Program-made: the position numbers and the translations under genes
Part shown: one piece after another, positions 1 through 8,431 of the stretch
How the letters are laid out: the number at the start of each line of letters is the position of its first letter
Position numbering within the stretch: position 1 is the first letter of the stretch
From: Phototrophicaceae bacterium
Lineage (GTDB): Bacteria; Chloroflexota; Anaerolineae; Aggregatilineales; Phototrophicaceae
Length of the DNA stretch: 53,627 bases
Assembly: GCA_035545875.1 (NCBI GenBank)
Contig: DASZXN010000443.1
Coordinates: 1-53,627, forward strand
Direction of reading: 5' to 3'
Notes under the pieces: model-generated
Told to the model about the DNA's origin: nothing
Seen by the model: only the letters and a program-made list of their open reading frames with translations
The model's database searches: none

Positions 1-116
1 GCGCCGGATTTTTTGTTGTCCATTCATTGAGGCAGTAGTTCAATAAAAAATGTAATCACGTATGTGAGCGTAATCTTTACGCGAATCATTTGCGTTCGGT
101 CAGAAAGTTCCCAAAT

Positions 117-147
117 ATTCATGAAAAAATTATCCTTTCTCATGAAT
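117..147. promoter_or_regulatory. Imperfect inverted repeat, candidate operator upstream of first ORF
   Basis: ATTCATGAAAAA-N7-TTTCTCATGAAT (11/12 complementary) in AT-rich upstream DNA. Confidence 0.3.
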
Positions 148-193
148 TCTGTGATAAAACTTAAATATCGCTTTGGTTCTGGTTAAGCAGGCC

Positions 194-505
194 ATGATGA
201 ACAACACGCTGTTTTCTGAACTTCAATCGGCGATGGAAGCCGAGCTGACGCCGAAAGTCCTCGACATTCTGGTCGAGGTGGCGCGGATAGCCCTCTATCA
301 GAATGACAAGGATTACGCTGCCGAGATTCTCGTGCTGGCGCTGCAATATCCGATGCGCGTCGAAACGCTCGAAGACGCCGAAGTCCTGTTCTCGACGCTG
401 GAAAGCGAGCTTGATCCGAAGGTAATTGACAAAGCCTGCGCGCTGGCGCAGTTGCGCACACTCGAAGACATGGTTGCTTACGTGTTAGCGACCGCCGCCG
501 AGTAA
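194..505 (+). CDS. Small acidic alpha-helical hypothetical protein
   Basis: ORF 173..505 with protein-like composition; ATG at 194 or 197 preferred; converges on htpG. Confidence 0.7.
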   Translation: MMNNTLFSELQSAMEAELTPKVLDILVEVARIALYQNDKDYAAEILVLALQYPMRVETLEDAEVLFSTLESELDPKVIDKACALAQLRTLEDMVAYVLATAAE

Positions 506-522
506 ACGACCGCTTACTTCAC

Positions 523-568
523 TGAGGCAGTGTCCAGCCGAGTACGGAATCGGTCAGGCACCGCCTCA
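523..568. terminator. Stem-loop between convergent genes, possible bidirectional terminator
   Basis: TGAGGCAGTGTCC...CCGA-N8-TCGG...GGCACCGCCTCA followed by ATTTTT. Confidence 0.5.
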
Positions 569-576
569 ATTTTTCC

Positions 577-2502
577 CTATTCCTCGCCTTTGACTTCCGG
601 TGCAGCGCCGCCGCGAGTCGCCGCCTGCATTAGCGTATACAACCGACTCGCCATCGCCGCCGGATCAGGATGGATGCCATCCTGAAGCAGCGCTGTCTCA
701 AACACCTGCTCGATCACCGGGTCGATCAGCGCATTTTGCGGATCGTGGGCGATCATACCGCTCAGATTGTGCAGCAGTGGGTGACGTGGGTTGAGTTCCA
801 GAATTTTGACAGGTAAATCGTACTCCCGATCCATCAGCCGATTGATGCGGAACATATTGCGCTGCGGGTCGCTGTCCTTGCTGACGAGGCGCGCCGGACT
901 GCCCACCAGATTTTTGCTCGCGCGCACTTCGACCACCCGCTCGCCCAGCACGTCCGCGAAACGCTGGCGCAGCGATCCGAAATCGCCTTCAGAGAGCGGC
1001 GCTTCCTGTTCGGCCTTCTCTTCTTCCCGCAGTTCCCCGACATCGCTGAGATCGATGTCGGCTTCGTCGGCGCTGCGCAGCTTGTGACCATCGAACTCGT
1101 GCAGGCCCATCAGCATAACCGGATCGACCGGATCGGTGAAGTAAAGCACTTCGATTCCGCGCTGGCGGAAGCTGTCAAGGTGTGGGCTGCGGCTGGCGCT
1201 GGCGAAGTCCTCGCCGATCACGTAATAAATGTCGCTCTGGTTGGCGACGAAGCGGCTGACGTAATCGGCCAGGGTCGTCCACTCGTCCGCGTTGGTCGAT
1301 TTGGTGCTGGGGAACATCAGCAGCGGTTCGAGATCCGACTTATCGGCGGGAGCGATGACCACACCCTGCTTGATGGCACGCCCGAACTGCTGGAAGATTT
1401 TGTGATATTCATCCGGCTTGTTCTTGGCGAGCCGCTTGAGTTCGCTCAGGATTTTGTTGGTGAGCGTCTTTTTCAGGGTCGCCATGACGCGGTTGGCCTG
1501 CACGCTCTCGCGGCTGACGTTGAGCGGCAAATCCTCGCTATCGACCACGCCCTGCACAAACGCCAGATATTCCGGCAGCAGATCGGTCGTGTACTCCTGG
1601 ATCAGCACCTTGCGCGCATAGAGCTTCAAGCCGGGTTCGCGGCGCAGACTGAAGGCAGTACGTTCAGTGCTGCTGGGGAGGTAGAGCAGCGCGTAGAATT
1701 GCAGCGGCACGTCGGCGCGCATGTGGATGCGGTAGAGCGGGTTCTCGAAGTCGAGCGTCATCATCTTGTAGAAGTCGTTGTACTGCTCGTCGGTGACTTC
1801 TTTGGGGTCTTGGCGCCAGATGGCCGTCTGCTTGTTGACCGCTTCCTCGCTCTCGCCGACGTAGATCGGGAAAGCGATGTAGTCGGAGTGGCGGCGGATA
1901 GCATCCTGAAGCGTCCACGTTTGCAGGAAGTCCTGCGCGTCCTCCTTGAGCGAGATGATCACGTCAGTGCCGCGCGTGTCCTTCTCGGCGGGTTCGATGG
2001 TGTAGCTGTCCGTCCCGGTCGATTCCCACGCCCAGGCGCGTTCATTGGGATCAGCCGAGCGCGTGACCACGCGCACCTTGTCCGCGACCATAAAGACCGA
2101 GTAGAAGCCGACACCGAACTGCCCGATCAACTCCTGTGCCGTCGCGCCCTCGGCCTGCTTCTGCTTGAGCGCCTCAACGAAGGCTTTCGCGCCGCTGTGC
2201 GCAATCGTGCCGAGATTGTTGATCAGGTCGTCGCGCGTCATGCCGATCCCAGTGTCGCTGATGGTCAGCGTGGCAGCGGCATCGTCCGGCTTGACCTCGA
2301 TGTAGAGTTCCGCGTCAGGATCGACGACGTTGGGATTAGTCAACTGCTCGAACTGAAGGCGATTAAGCGCGTCCGATGCGTTCGAGATCAGCTCACGCAA
2401 AAAGATTTCTCGATCCGTGTAGAGCGAGTGGATCAGGATATTGAGCAACTGCTGAATTTCCGCCTTAAAAGCGTGTTGTTCGTTGGTTTGATTCTCTGAC
2501 AT
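577..2502 (-). CDS. htpG: Molecular chaperone HtpG (Hsp90)
   Basis: FLRELISNASDA, DTGIGMT, NLGTIAHSG, IGQFGVGFYS, DSEDLPLNVSRE and LELNPRHPL motifs; 641 aa. Confidence 0.98.
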   Translation of the reverse strand: MSENQTNEQHAFKAEIQQLLNILIHSLYTDREIFLRELISNASDALNRLQFEQLTNPNVVDPDAELYIEVKPDDAAATLTISDTGIGMTRDDLINNLGTIAHSGAKAFVEALKQKQAEGATAQELIGQFGVGFYSVFMVADKVRVVTRSADPNERAWAWESTGTDSYTIEPAEKDTRGTDVIISLKEDAQDFLQTWTLQDAIRRHSDYIAFPIYVGESEEAVNKQTAIWRQDPKEVTDEQYNDFYKMMTLDFENPLYRIHMRADVPLQFYALLYLPSSTERTAFSLRREPGLKLYARKVLIQEYTTDLLPEYLAFVQGVVDSEDLPLNVSRESVQANRVMATLKKTLTNKILSELKRLAKNKPDEYHKIFQQFGRAIKQGVVIAPADKSDLEPLLMFPSTKSTNADEWTTLADYVSRFVANQSDIYYVIGEDFASASRSPHLDSFRQRGIEVLYFTDPVDPVMLMGLHEFDGHKLRSADEADIDLSDVGELREEEKAEQEAPLSEGDFGSLRQRFADVLGERVVEVRASKNLVGSPARLVSKDSDPQRNMFRINRLMDREYDLPVKILELNPRHPLLHNLSGMIAHDPQNALIDPVIEQVFETALLQDGIHPDPAAMASRLYTLMQAATRGGAAPEVKGEE

Positions 2503-2633
2503 GGCTTACCCTCGTGCGTCACGATATACGCTTGTTTTTACCATGCGCGTGTTAGAAGGAAATAAAAATTGCGCGGCGATTCGTGAGTGTAAACGTCTTG
2601 CGGAAAATTGCCAATGCAAAGTCGGGAGTGGTG

Positions 2634-2795
2634 CAGGGTCATCGCATCAAATTTCTGTTTGGGTCATAAAAGGTGAACGGGGTTTCGTAGGGACGGCATT
2701 CATGCCGTCCGCTGCAACGGGCGCGATCCATCGCGTCCCTACGATTCCTGATGACCCTGTGTGACTTTCAATCGCATTTTGATGCGATGACCCTG
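2634..2795. mobile_element. MITE, 162 bp, perfect 18-bp TIRs, 10-bp target-site duplication
   Basis: CAGGGTCATCGCATCAAA (2634-2651) / TTTGATGCGATGACCCTG (2778-2795); direct repeat GGGAGTGGTG at 2624-2633 and 2796-2805; no transposase ORF. Confidence 0.85.
2687..2742. repeat. GTAG-type REP-like double hairpin inside the MITE
   Basis: GTAGGGACGGCATTCATGCCGTCC...GGGCGCGATCCATCGCGTCCCTAC. Confidence 0.7.
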
Positions 2796-2893
2796 GGGAG
2801 TGGTGAGGATCGAGGGTCATGGTTCATTCGGGCGAGGCACGAGGGTGTTTAAAAACCTGCTTACGACCTGAAAATTGTCACGGCGGGTACAAG

Positions 2894-2920
2894 GTCGGGG
2901 TTTCCATGGAACGCCCCGAC
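2894..2920. repeat. REP-like imperfect palindrome (GTCG variant)
   Basis: GTCGGGGTTTCCATGGAACGCCCCGAC. Confidence 0.55.
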
Positions 2921-3018
2921 AGAGAACAATACCGCTTATTCCAACAGGTACGGTCGCTGACAATGAATTTTTTAACGTGAATTATGGATACGCCGCAGCA
3001 GGAACCGATTTTTCCCTT

Positions 3019-3046
3019 GTAGGGGCACGACATGTCGTGCCCCTAC
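3019..3046. repeat. Perfect 28-bp GTAG-type REP palindrome
   Basis: GTAGGGGCACGACA|TGTCGTGCCCCTAC. Confidence 0.85.
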
Positions 3047-3276
3047 GATCAAATGCTTCGCTCAAAATCGTTAGCCATAACTGGCATTTTTTTAGACACC
3101 TCGTGCCTCGCCCCTACATGCAGATGCTCAAGCTGATCAGTGATTAGTACCTAGTCAAATGACGGAGCCTATGCTCCATCGACTGCCATAGAAAAGACCC
3201 TGCGCTAGCAGGTCGCTTCCGGCGAGCTTTTGCTATTTCCTTATAATCAGCGAGTTATAATGCGAGGGGTTGGGAA

Positions 3277-3783
3277 ATGAATTACTCCCCGTTAACGCCA
3301 TTCATGTTCGACCCAAGTGCATCCGGGATAACAATTTTTCATCCGGCGGCAAAACCGCTGTTTGATCAGGCGCGCCGTCGCGCCAGCACCCACCAGATGC
3401 TTGCTGCGCTGATGGGACGAGCACGGCAGCTCAGAACGCTGAGTGAGGCAGATCGAGCCACCATCCAGTTCGAGATGGAGCCTCAGGCATGTTCTCTGCC
3501 CATTCGCCAGATCAACGGCACTCTCAACCGAGTTCAGGAGTTCGATTGCGATTTCTATCCACTGAGTGACAGCCTGGAGACCCGCTGGGTTCGCATTGCT
3601 TCCATGATGCTTCACGGAACCGGCCTTCCGCCAGTTGAGCTGCTGCATATCGGACAGGATTACTTCGTCGTTGACGGGCATCACCGCATCTCCGTTAGTC
3701 GTATGCTGAATCAGAACTACGTCGATGCGGTGATCAGAAACTGCGTGAATCCGAGTGCGCAAGTGTCCGAGTCAACCGGCTGA
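3277..3783 (+). CDS. Stand-alone ParB/Srx N-terminal-domain protein
   Basis: LPPVEL...YFVVDGHHRISV motif typical of the ParB/sulfiredoxin fold; no HTH; GAGGGG RBS upstream. Confidence 0.75.
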   Translation: MNYSPLTPFMFDPSASGITIFHPAAKPLFDQARRRASTHQMLAALMGRARQLRTLSEADRATIQFEMEPQACSLPIRQINGTLNRVQEFDCDFYPLSDSLETRWVRIASMMLHGTGLPPVELLHIGQDYFVVDGHHRISVSRMLNQNYVDAVIRNCVNPSAQVSESTG

Positions 3784-3827
3784 GAGCGCCCCAGCGTTTG
3801 GTGAGAAAAGCTAGAGGAGAGTCGTCA

Positions 3828-4520
3828 GTGAACCCAAATCACCAAGCCTGGAACCGCCAGCAGCGAGAACTGCAACAAGCACTACTCAAGCCGCTTGATC
3901 ATCAACAAGCGGTCGAGCTGTTTCTGTGCCAGCACGCGGCGGTTCATTCGGCAGCGATGTCGGGGCGCAGCCTGTGGTCATTTGAAGACGACATCTGGCA
4001 GGACGTGGGCGAACAGGATGCGCGCTCGATTCCGGCGGCAATGGAGCATTCGCTCGTCTGGATTTTCTGGCATTTGGCGCGCATCGAAGATGTTACGATG
4101 AACCTGCTGGTCGCGGGCTGCCCACAGGTTTTGACTGAGGGGAACTGGTTAGCTCGGACGAACAGCCCAATTTGCCATACCGGAAACGCGATGCAGAGCA
4201 GCGAGATCGCTGCGCTCGGCGAAACCATTGACCTTGAAGCGCTGCGCGCCTACCGCGCCGCCGTTGGCCGCCGGACGCAAGAGCTAGTCTGTCTGCTGAA
4301 ACCGGGGGATTTCAAGCGGAACGTGCAGCCCGCGCGTCTGGAGCAAATTCGGGCACAGGCCGCTGTATTAGACGCAGCATGGGCGATTGTCGATTATTGG
4401 AGTACGCGCACCATCGGCGGGTTATTGCTCATGCCCGCCACGCGCCATAACTTTCTGCACCTCAACGAAGCGCTCCGCATCAAGCGGAGTAATCATCAGA
4501 AAACGACCAAGCCGCAGTGA
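3828..4520 (+). CDS. DinB family protein
   Basis: HSLVWIFWHLARIED and C-terminal HNFLH metal-binding motifs; GTG start after GAGGAG. Confidence 0.8.
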   Translation: MNPNHQAWNRQQRELQQALLKPLDHQQAVELFLCQHAAVHSAAMSGRSLWSFEDDIWQDVGEQDARSIPAAMEHSLVWIFWHLARIEDVTMNLLVAGCPQVLTEGNWLARTNSPICHTGNAMQSSEIAALGETIDLEALRAYRAAVGRRTQELVCLLKPGDFKRNVQPARLEQIRAQAAVLDAAWAIVDYWSTRTIGGLLLMPATRHNFLHLNEALRIKRSNHQKTTKPQ

Positions 4521-4544
4521 AGCTCAAGCGGAGCTTCACTGCGG
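4512..4544 (+). terminator. 14-bp perfect stem-loop at the end of the DinB gene
   Basis: CCGCAGTGAAGCTC-AAGCG-GAGCTTCACTGCGG; no U-tract. Confidence 0.45.
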
Positions 4545-4677
4545 TGTCAGCAATTCCCCATCAGACAAATTTGTTTCTCAAAACGTCGAGCGACGACGCA
4601 CGCTTTCCATCTTCATCTGACGAGTTCTGGAACTCGTCAGCGCCAGGCAGCTTACCAAGTTACCCGGCGAGAGAAAT

Positions 4678-6363
4678 ATGATCTTTGTCACTATTGCAGA
4701 ATTTCTCAGTATGCCAAGATATTACTATGAGCAATTATTGGTCGTTTTTTTCGAACCGCCAGAGCTTGTCCACATGCAAATCGCCCATCAATTCTACGAA
4801 GAAGGCCGCAACGCCATCGAACTGTTAGAAGCACTTTTCGATCAGATGGTCATGGGTATTGTGATCCTTGACCCGGCCTTCCGTATACAACGATTTAACT
4901 CAACGTGGACGAATTATTTTGAACAATATGCCCCTGCGCGGATGGACTCGGTTCATCCCGGCGCAGGCTACTTCGACCTGCTGCCCGAAATCAAGCCCAT
5001 TTTGGAACCCGTTTTCACAGCGGTTCTCAATGGCGAGACTGCGCATGAACAAGCGGTACGCATTTCTCATGGAGCGAGCACAACCTACTGGAACTTCGTC
5101 GCAACGCCCCTGCTCGACGCGGAGGTTATCAGCGGTATTCTGCTGGTTTGCACTGACGTGACTGAGCAAATCGAAGCGCGCCAGCGGCTGCAAACGGCGC
5201 TCGATGAGTTGAAGCGCTCGCACGAATTGATTGAGCAGCGCGTTGATGAGCGCACCCGCGAACTCAAGACACTGGTCACGGTGCAGCAGGCGTTGACCAG
5301 CAGCCTCGAATACCGCGAGATTTTGCAAGTTATCGCCTGCGAAGCACGTCGCTTAACTCAGACCGACGTGGGAGCGCTCTTCCTGCCAGAGAAGGATGGG
5401 TTGGTGCTTGCGGCGCTCTCCAGCGAAGAACCGCTCGACATGGAAGTCGGTTATCAAATATCACTTTCGGACTCGATCTCTGGAACGACGTTCCTGACAG
5501 GCAAAAAGCAACTCGTAACCGACATTACCCATTATCCCCACGTTGATCCCAATGCAATTCGGAAAGCTCAATTGCAGTCGATCTTATGCGTGCCGCTGCT
5601 TTCGGGTACGAAGGTGATCGGCGTTTTGTCGGTCGGCAACAAGGTTTCAAGTCGGTTGGATGCCGAAGACGAACGCCTGTTGATGCTGATGGTGCCATCT
5701 GCGGTAATTGCGCTCGAAAACGGGCGCATGTACGAATTGGCGCGCGAAACTGCAATTGCCGCCGAGCGTGGTCGGCTGGCGCGTGATCTGCATGATGCGG
5801 TCACCCAAACTCTGTTTTCTGCCAGCCTGACGGCAGAAGTTCTCCCGCATATCTGGGCGCGTGATCCGGCAGAGGGGATGGTGCGGCTGGAAAAGCTCCG
5901 CGAACTCACACGCGGCGCATTAGCCGAGATGCGCACCCTGCTCCTGGAACTTCGTCCGGCTGCGCTGGAAGAAATTCCTCTTGGCGATCTCTTACGCCAG
6001 CTTGTCGAGGGAATCGCGGGACGCACACACATCGCCATTGAAATCGTGGATACCTGTGAGTGTGAACTGTGCGTCGAAGTCAAAACCGCTTTTTATCGCA
6101 TCGCGCAGGAAGCGCTGAATAACGTCGCGAAACACTCGAAGGCGCGGTCAGCGCGAATTCTGTTGACGGGGACACATCATCAAGTCAGCCTCACGATTTC
6201 CGATGATGGCATCGGCTTCGATCCATGGGCGAATCGCGCCAATCATCTGGGATTAAAGATCATGGTGGAGCGCGCGGACGCGATTAAAGCGACTTTGAGC
6301 GTGAACTCAATTATCGGTCAGGGAACGCAGATTATCGTCTCGTGGCCGGGACAGGAAGTATAA
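4678..6363 (+). CDS. PAS-GAF sensor histidine kinase, HisKA_3 (NarX/LiaS/DosS-like), cytoplasmic
   Basis: ERGRLARDLHDAVTQ H-box, QEALNNVAKHS N-box, DDGIGF; PAS and GAF segments; true start may be 4711 or 4774. Confidence 0.92.
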   Translation: MIFVTIAEFLSMPRYYYEQLLVVFFEPPELVHMQIAHQFYEEGRNAIELLEALFDQMVMGIVILDPAFRIQRFNSTWTNYFEQYAPARMDSVHPGAGYFDLLPEIKPILEPVFTAVLNGETAHEQAVRISHGASTTYWNFVATPLLDAEVISGILLVCTDVTEQIEARQRLQTALDELKRSHELIEQRVDERTRELKTLVTVQQALTSSLEYREILQVIACEARRLTQTDVGALFLPEKDGLVLAALSSEEPLDMEVGYQISLSDSISGTTFLTGKKQLVTDITHYPHVDPNAIRKAQLQSILCVPLLSGTKVIGVLSVGNKVSSRLDAEDERLLMLMVPSAVIALENGRMYELARETAIAAERGRLARDLHDAVTQTLFSASLTAEVLPHIWARDPAEGMVRLEKLRELTRGALAEMRTLLLELRPAALEEIPLGDLLRQLVEGIAGRTHIAIEIVDTCECELCVEVKTAFYRIAQEALNNVAKHSKARSARILLTGTHHQVSLTISDDGIGFDPWANRANHLGLKIMVERADAIKATLSVNSIIGQGTQIIVSWPGQEV

Positions 6364-6366
6364 AGT

Positions 6367-7005
6367 ATGAATGCAAAACCGATTCGGATCGTCCTCGTAG
6401 ACGATCATGCAGTAGTACGCAGCGGTTTAAGCGATTTCGTCATGGCGTTCGACGATTTTGAACTGCTCGGCGAAGCAGGCGGCGGCAGAGAGGCCGTCGA
6501 ACTCTGCCTGAATGCCAAGCCTGACGTGGTTCTGATGGATATGGTCATGCCGGATATGGATGGCGCTACTGCTACCCGGCTGATCCGGGAAGCCAATCCC
6601 GATATTCAGATCATCGCGCTGACCAGCTTCCGCGAGGAGGAACTGGTGAGCGCAGCGCTCAAAGCTGGCGCGATTGGGTATCTGCTCAAGAACGTGAGCG
6701 CGGAACAACTGGCTTCAGCCATTCGCAATGCCGTTCATGGCTGTCCGACATTTGCCCCCGAAGCCACCCTCGCGCTCATGCACGCGGCGACTGCTCCGCT
6801 TCCGCTCGGTCACGACCTGACCGAACGCGAACGGGATATTCTCCCTTTTCTCGTTCAGGGGTTGAATAACCAGCAAATCGCTGAAGCGCTGGGAGTCGAA
6901 CTTTCCACGATCAAATACCACGTCAGCAATATCATCTCCAAGTTGGGTGCCAGCAATCGTACTGAAGCCGCGTCGCTTGTCATGCAGCATCACCTGGTCA
7001 ACTGA
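6367..7005 (+). CDS. NarL/LuxR family response regulator
   Basis: VDDH, DVVLMD, LTSF, YLLK receiver motifs; LTERE...NQQIA...TIKYHVSNI HTH. Confidence 0.95.
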   Translation: MNAKPIRIVLVDDHAVVRSGLSDFVMAFDDFELLGEAGGGREAVELCLNAKPDVVLMDMVMPDMDGATATRLIREANPDIQIIALTSFREEELVSAALKAGAIGYLLKNVSAEQLASAIRNAVHGCPTFAPEATLALMHAATAPLPLGHDLTERERDILPFLVQGLNNQQIAEALGVELSTIKYHVSNIISKLGASNRTEAASLVMQHHLVN

Positions 7006-7041
7006 CGGGGAAATCTCCCCATCGTCCTATCGAAAAAACAC

Positions 7042-7071
7042 TCTCCCGCAGCAGATTACTGCTGTGGGAGA
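7042..7071 (+). terminator. Intrinsic terminator-like hairpin
   Basis: TCTCCCGCAGCAG-ATTA-CTGCTGTGGGAGA followed by TTTGATTTT. Confidence 0.55.
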
Positions 7072-7108
7072 TTTGATTTTCAATAAAGGTGGAAAGGACG
7101 ATTCGATC

Positions 7109-7495
7109 ATGAGCAAAGACGACACCACCCTGAGCGTGCTGATCGCCGATCACGAACCTGAAGTCCGGCAAGCGCTACGCCTTGTGTGCGAGGAAAGTCT
7201 GGGGCTGACGATTTCGGCTGAAGCTTCAAACTATGATGAACTCCTTCTGCAAATCAATACCCTGCATCCTGATATTCTGCTTCTGGAATGGGAGCTTCCC
7301 GATTTACAGCCCATTTCGCTCCTGAACGAACTCCACACAACCCATTCCGTCAGCACAGTCGTGATGGGCAGGCACCCAGAAGCGCGCACGAAAGCGCTGG
7401 AATCCGGGACTGATGGGTTTGTCTATAAGGGCGATCCTCCCGATGAACTCATCCACCTGCTGAGAACGATTATCGAAGCCCGCTCCTACGCGTGA
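7109..7495 (+). CDS. Single-domain atypical receiver protein (phospho-acceptor Asp replaced by Glu)
   Basis: VLIADHE...PDILLLEWELP...GFVYKG REC fold; ATG 7109 after GGAAAGGA. Confidence 0.8.
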   Translation: MSKDDTTLSVLIADHEPEVRQALRLVCEESLGLTISAEASNYDELLLQINTLHPDILLLEWELPDLQPISLLNELHTTHSVSTVVMGRHPEARTKALESGTDGFVYKGDPPDELIHLLRTIIEARSYA

Positions 7496-7513
7496 GACCG
7501 GAAAGGTCACTTT

Positions 7514-8431
7514 ATGAACGACCCTGTCGTGCAGGTTCAGCATTTTCACAAAGCCTACGGCAATTTTGTCGCCGTTGAAGACGCCAGTTTTGACGTTTAT
7601 CGCGGCGAAATTTTCGCGCTGCTTGGGCCAAATGGAGCAGGCAAGACGACCACGCTGGAAAGTCTCGAAGGGCTGCGCCAGCCGGATCGAGGTCAGCTTC
7701 GCGTCCTCGGCATGGATCCGGTGCGTGACGCGCATCTATTACGAAACCAAATCGGTGTTCAGTTGCAAGCCTCAGGGATGCCAGGCAGCATCACCGTGCG
7801 CGAAGCCATGAACTTTTTCTGCGCGTATCACCAGGTTGCGCCACGCTTCGACCTACTGAAACGGCTTGAACTCGACGAAAAGCTGAATACTCAGTACGAC
7901 ACGCTCTCGACCGGACAAAAGCGCCGTCTGGCGCTGGCACTGGCGATAGCGCATCGTCCTGCCGTCGTCTTTCTCGACGAACCAACGGCGGGACTGGACG
8001 TGATCTCACGCACGGAGCTTCACGCGCTCATCGAGGAATTACAGCAGCAGGGGACAACCATCATCCTGTCGTCGCACGACATGGCCGAGGTCGAAAAGCT
8101 CGCGCACCGCGTGGCAATTCTGCTGCATGGGCGAATCGCGGCCAGCGGCACGCCCAACGAACTGACCTCGACCGGCGCGGGCTATACGAAGATTTCCATC
8201 CATACTGAACCGCCGATGCAGGTTGACGACTTCACGTTTCCCGGCGTTTGCCAACACACCTTGAAAGATGAATACGACGTTTACTACAGCACCGACCCGG
8301 CTGCGAGCGTCTACGCCATCCTCGAATACATTAAGGCGCAGCACGACCAATTGATCGATCTGCGCGTCGAGCGCCCATCGCTCGAAGAACGTTTTCTGGA
8401 GATCACCAATCACAGAGAGGCCGTTCGATGA
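7514..8431 (+). CDS. ABC-2 (DrrA-like) exporter ATP-binding protein
   Basis: GPNGAGKTT, LSTGQKRR, FLDEPTAGLD motifs. Confidence 0.95.
   Translation: MNDPVVQVQHFHKAYGNFVAVEDASFDVYRGEIFALLGPNGAGKTTTLESLEGLRQPDRGQLRVLGMDPVRDAHLLRNQIGVQLQASGMPGSITVREAMNFFCAYHQVAPRFDLLKRLELDEKLNTQYDTLSTGQKRRLALALAIAHRPAVVFLDEPTAGLDVISRTELHALIEELQQQGTTIILSSHDMAEVEKLAHRVAILLHGRIAASGTPNELTSTGAGYTKISIHTEPPMQVDDFTFPGVCQHTLKDEYDVYYSTDPAASVYAILEYIKAQHDQLIDLRVERPSLEERFLEITNHREAVR

Larger units (their letters stand above)
2830..3117. mobile_element. Second inverted-repeat-bounded element (~2841-3102) apparently inserted into a REP-like hairpin
   Basis: GGGCGAGGCAC-GAGGGTGTTTAAAAA (2830-2855) pairs with TTTTTAGACACCTC-GTGCCTCGCCC (3089-3113), followed by CTAC. 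Confidence 0.6.

Noticed and set aside
1084-2499. 471-aa ORF antisense to htpG
   Set aside because: Mirror frame of a highly codon-biased, GC3-rich gene; no recognisable motifs
2567-2593. Possible CIRCE (HrcA) operator upstream of htpG
   Set aside because: Only one arm (GAGTGTAAA) resembles the consensus; the partner arm at 9-bp spacing does not match
2687-3117. CRISPR array interpretation of the palindromes
   Set aside because: Repeats are not identical, spacing is irregular, and no cas genes are present
2501-3147. ORFs 2501..2764 and 2875..3147
   Set aside because: They run through MITE/REP palindromes and show no transposase or other protein motifs
3277-3783. Plasmid or chromosome partition system
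   Set aside because: No parA, no HTH domain and no parS-like palindrome seen
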